From Podarcis muralis (taxonomy: Eukaryota), in assembly GCF_964188315.1 (NCBI RefSeq), contig NC_135667.1:26722001-26786000 (forward strand): DNA of 64,000 bases. The letters run 5' to 3'. Below the pieces are notes generated by a model. That model worked only from the letters and a program-made list of their open reading frames with translations. It had not been told where the DNA came from and searched no databases. Shown here in pieces: positions 59,805 through 64,000 of the stretch. The stretch's first letter is position 1. Each line of letters begins with the position of its first letter. The position numbers were made by a program, and so were the translations under genes.

Positions 59805-60929
59805 TACCTATATATCCCACCTGCTGCAGTGCAGAGGAAAATTGTTCTCCTAAACAACCATACCCTTAGAAAAACAAGTGATTCTGTGTCACGGACTACC
59901 TAGATGAAGAGGAATGGTGGGAGGCTACAGCTGGGGAACACACACACACACACCGGGAAGCATCAGAGTGGTAAGGCTCTGAGCCAGGAAAATGCTGGTG
60001 GGATACAGAAGACAGGCCAGAGGAAGAAGGGGGAGCAGATGGGTTGGAAGCTGAGTAAGCAACAGATTAAGTGAGAGTGAGGCAGTTGAGTAGGAGAAGC
60101 AGGCTGAGGCTGTGACGGATCCCCATTAACCTGCCAGTTCCACTATTTCCTTCTCCCCTCCTCTTTTGTCCCCAAGATCAAGGAGGGTATTACATAAAGC
60201 AGAACAAAAGGCACAGAGAGCCCCTCCAAGAAGGAGTTTGCAATGGTTAGGAAGGCAGCCAGCTGAGGAGGAATCTTAGGAGGAAGTGGGAGGCTCAGAT
60301 CTTCATTTCTGGCAACTGATTCATCAGGCTAGACCTGGCCACAGAGTTTCGCTGATGTTTCCCTCTGAATAAAGACTCAACCTTACTGCTCCTCTCTGAG
60401 TTTCTGTGCTGAACTGCAGCTGAAATTGCTCTGACATTCTAGCAGCAGCAGCAGAAGGGGAGGGCAAGAGAGGTTCATAATAAATGCAATGGGTGGAACA
60501 GTTAAACTCACCTCTCCTCATACTGCAAACTCAAACCAGGTCAGATGTGGTGTCCAATTGGGATTTGTTTGTTTGTTTGTTGTTTAACTTTCCAGGTCTT
60601 CATCTTTCCAAGGCACACAATTCACTGACAAGCTATACTGGATATTTTTATCTTAACCTCCTGGATAGAAGCTCCAGTTTAAATGTGGATGTTGGGATGA
60701 TGTCTTGAAGCACAAGGATATATTCCATTTGTTTGTTTATACATATTACTGCCATCAACACAGGGCTAAGCAGCTACAGAGCAAGCAACTGACATGTCAT
60801 TGCTAAGCTAAAAGTCATAGCACAAGAGTTGCTCAGAAATGTGAACCGAAAGCAAAAATTATCCCAACAACATTTTTGAGTACACCAAAAGGAATTCAAC
60901 AACCAAATGGTGTGGCCACCCAGATGAGG

Positions 60930-61967
60930 TCAGCAGCTATGCCTCAAAACTTCTGATTGACTTTTAAGCACTGAGGAAAGGGATGAATTCAGCCGGATCC
61001 TTGACAAATTCAGATGACTCCTTACAAAAAATAGCCATCTACTACAAACCGTTCTTAGGGCTTTGTGAACATCTTTGTTTCTCAAGCTATAGATGAGGGG
61101 ATTGATCAAGGGAGTTAGGATGGTGTAGAAAAGGGAGAATACTTTATTGAGATCTCTCAGAGTCGGGGTGGCTGGCAACATGTAGACGATTATTATTGTA
61201 GAATAAAAAATGCAAACTACAATGAGATGAGAGGAGCAGGTCAAAAATGCTTTTTTCCTACCAATAGCAGATGGGATCTTTAAGATTGTGGCAATGATGC
61301 AGACATAGGATATGAGAGTCAGCAGGAATGGTGTGATGGTGTACAATGCGCACAAGAGGAAGGCGAAGAGGTCGATCAGGCTTGTATCACTGCATGAGAG
61401 TTTTTCCACTGGGATCAAGTCACAAAAGTAATGGTCTATGACATTTGGACCACAGAAGGATATCTGGGCCATCAGATAGGCTACTATGCCATTGCCCAGC
61501 AAAGAACTAATACATGGCCCAGCCATGAGCTTAACACAGAGCTTTCCATGCATGATGGAGGCATAGTGTAAGGGTTTACAGATTGCCAGGTAGCGGTCAT
61601 ATGACATTGCTGCCAGGAGGTATGTTTCTATAGCTGCAAAGAAGCCAAAGAAAAATAGTTGGGCTATGCAGCCACTAACAGAAATGGTTCTCTCTCCAGT
61701 TATCAAATTGCTCAACATTTTGAGCAAGGTGACGGAGCTATAGCAAATCTCCAGGAAAGACAAATTACTCAAGAAGTAGTACATGGGAGTTTGAAGGTGC
61801 TGATCAGCCACAACCAGCAAAATGATGAGGAAATTCCCTGCTAGCGTCAAAATATAAATCATGAGGAAGAGGGACAAAAGCAAAGGCTGCAGCTCAGGCT
61901 GATCCCCATATCCCAAAAGGATGAATTCTTTGATTGCTGTCTGGTTTCCTTCTTCATTCTTCCACAT
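60930..61967 (-). CDS. Olfactory receptor, subfamily B, 345 aa with a long C-tail
   Basis: ATG at 61967; MWKNEEGNQT; full OR motif set. Confidence 0.94.
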   Translation of the reverse strand: MWKNEEGNQTAIKEFILLGYGDQPELQPLLLSLFLMIYILTLAGNFLIILLVVADQHLQTPMYYFLSNLSFLEICYSSVTLLKMLSNLITGERTISVSGCIAQLFFFGFFAAIETYLLAAMSYDRYLAICKPLHYASIMHGKLCVKLMAGPCISSLLGNGIVAYLMAQISFCGPNVIDHYFCDLIPVEKLSCSDTSLIDLFAFLLCALYTITPFLLTLISYVCIIATILKIPSAIGRKKAFLTCSSHLIVVCIFYSTIIIVYMLPATPTLRDLNKVFSLFYTILTPLINPLIYSLRNKDVHKALRTVCSRWLFFVRSHLNLSRIRLNSSLSSVLKSQSEVLRHSC

Positions 61968-64000
61968 TGTCTTTATCCAACTGAGGTCAAGGCAGCCCTA
62001 TAACATAATCAGAGCACTGATTTTAATACAGAGGTGCACACTGAGAGCGAAATCCATGGGTGGAGGGTAGGAATGGCGTGGAAATTTGATTCATTTCACA
62101 TTCAATGCTAAATTTATCAAATTCACACTTTCTGGTATAATATGATAATCAACACATAGCCATCCTCCCATACTATCCAAATTTTGTGATGTAGTTATCC
62201 AAACAGTGTTCACAAATATGCACGTATTATGGGAAAGTGTGCCAAAAAAAAAAATGTAGATTTGTGAAAGTACCATACAAAATTGCATTATATTGCTGGC
62301 CAAAATGTGTCTGTAAGAAATACACACAAAAATGCAGAACAACCTTCATGGGGATTTTTCTTAAGAAATACAGATTGCTGCAGATATGTAGTGAACTGAA
62401 TGTGGAAAAAACCAAAAAAAAAGCTGAGAAAACCAAATTACCGTAGATAGATTCTTCCATCCTTAGCAGTGTCCAGCCACTCCTGCTTCCATCCAAATTT
62501 TGCCCCCCTCCCCTATGAATGTTGCTCCAATATCAGACAAAGCAAAAAGGAGGGCTTCTGGAGTCATGTTGAAAATGGATCAGGCTAAACTTTGGATCCA
62601 AAGTCCTCCTATTCCCCTGAGGTATAGGTACACAAAATACAAACACATTGCCCTGGATGCAAATACAAGCTATCTCTACACATGTACAGGTGTTTGTGTG
62701 AAAGAGTGTACACTTGTTAATTTTGTACAGCTCATGTAGAAACCTGTGTACATGCAGATAACTGTATGTGTTTTCAGTTGTTGTTTACACACACCCATAG
62801 GTTGTATACGCAATGAATCTGTATCTGTACTCCCCAACACTCACATCAGAACTAGGAGGAAAGCACATCAAATCTTGGAACTGGTTTATGTATTTTCCTT
62901 ACCATTGAAACCGTTGGGGAGGAGAACATTTTATTAAAACAGCGCCCCCAAAGGGGAACAATGCCATGCACATGATCTTCCACCCTTTATAGAATTGTAC
63001 CCAAAAATTAACAACAGGAGCCACATTCTACTTCTGCTATCTTTTCCAATATTCTTGGATTTTGGTTCTTAATGTTAGTCAGGGTTTTGAAAGATGATGA
63101 ATATAAAGCGTGTGGATTTAGTACTTACCTTCCCTTATGTATCTGCATTCAGTGATTAGTACCAGGATCAGTACAGGTAGCAGAGGATTTCTCTGAATTT
63201 GTGTTGAAAAACAACGAGCTGTAACTTCATTGTCTCAGCTGCAAAATGAGTGCCTCTGAAGAGGCTTCTTTCAATAGCTTAAAAGAAGCGAGTCTGGGGA
63301 CGTGCTTCTGATTTTCTGGTTGTGTGGAAATCATTTATGATGCAACCAACCTTCTAAACCCAAAGGAAATCCCGATATTAATTCCTCCTCCATCAGACTG
63401 CAGTCACCTTTTCCCTGCACTCCAGAGTTTGATGCACTTTGGATCTCTGTGTCTTTTTAACTACCTTTAAGTCTTAGGCACAAATTGCCTTCTGCTCCTC
63501 CTAGCGGTCACTTCTCTCACTTGCATCTCATTAGCTGCTCCCTTTAAAATTCAGCTACTATGTACAGGTATTATAGCTGGGCATCAGTTTGTACTATGTG
63601 AACCAAGGTAGGGCCGGAAGATGAGGATATTGTTGGTAGCTGGTATGGGAATAGAAGCAGCAAAAAATACAAATGGAGAGGGAGTCTTGTATTGGACAGG
63701 AGGTTCTGGGAGCAGAGAGAGGCTATTGTTTCTTTATTGTTGTTTAACAAATTTATATCCTGTCTTTCCATAGAAACACATCCAAGACAAGCAAACACAA
63801 ATAATCAATTTTATTAAAAGATATCATAATATAAAAGATAAATATATTATATATATACATACATATCATATAATATAAAAGATCAATTTCAATAAAAGAT
63901 ATAATAATATTAATAAAAAGAATCACATCCATGAATGCAGCAGCTTGAATTTAAAAAATCAATGAAGGGATAAAAGCTCATCACATGAATTAGAAACATG

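Overview
Eukaryotic (vertebrate) DNA, most likely from a lacertid-type lizard, judged by Sauria SINEs with (ACCTTT)n tails, Squam3-like SINEs, BovB, CR1, L2, L1, Rex/Babar, Penelope and MITEs. The window is an olfactory receptor (OR, class II/gamma-type GPCR) cluster with 11 apparently intact genes: one divergent gene (1281-2237 +), five of subfamily A (4553-, 16937-, 23520-, 37241+, 42110+) and five of subfamily B (27749-, 47603-, 50579-, 54211-, 60930-). Main discovery: all five subfamily A genes appear to have a split coding region. A conserved 15-19 codon upstream exon (ME..WNTSEIP..NIIILE, ending GAG|gtaaat) lies 1.7-4.8 kb upstream. It splices in phase 0 to a conserved acceptor 10-11 codons before the canonical Met, which has itself decayed to TTG/GTG/ATA in three copies. 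Other highlights: a chimeric OR made by unequal crossover with a breakpoint mappable to 26 bp, a Penelope hairpin carrying a minimal hammerhead ribozyme, and paralogue-specific TE insertions with visible empty sites. Splicing, promoter and ribozyme activity are inferred from sequence only.
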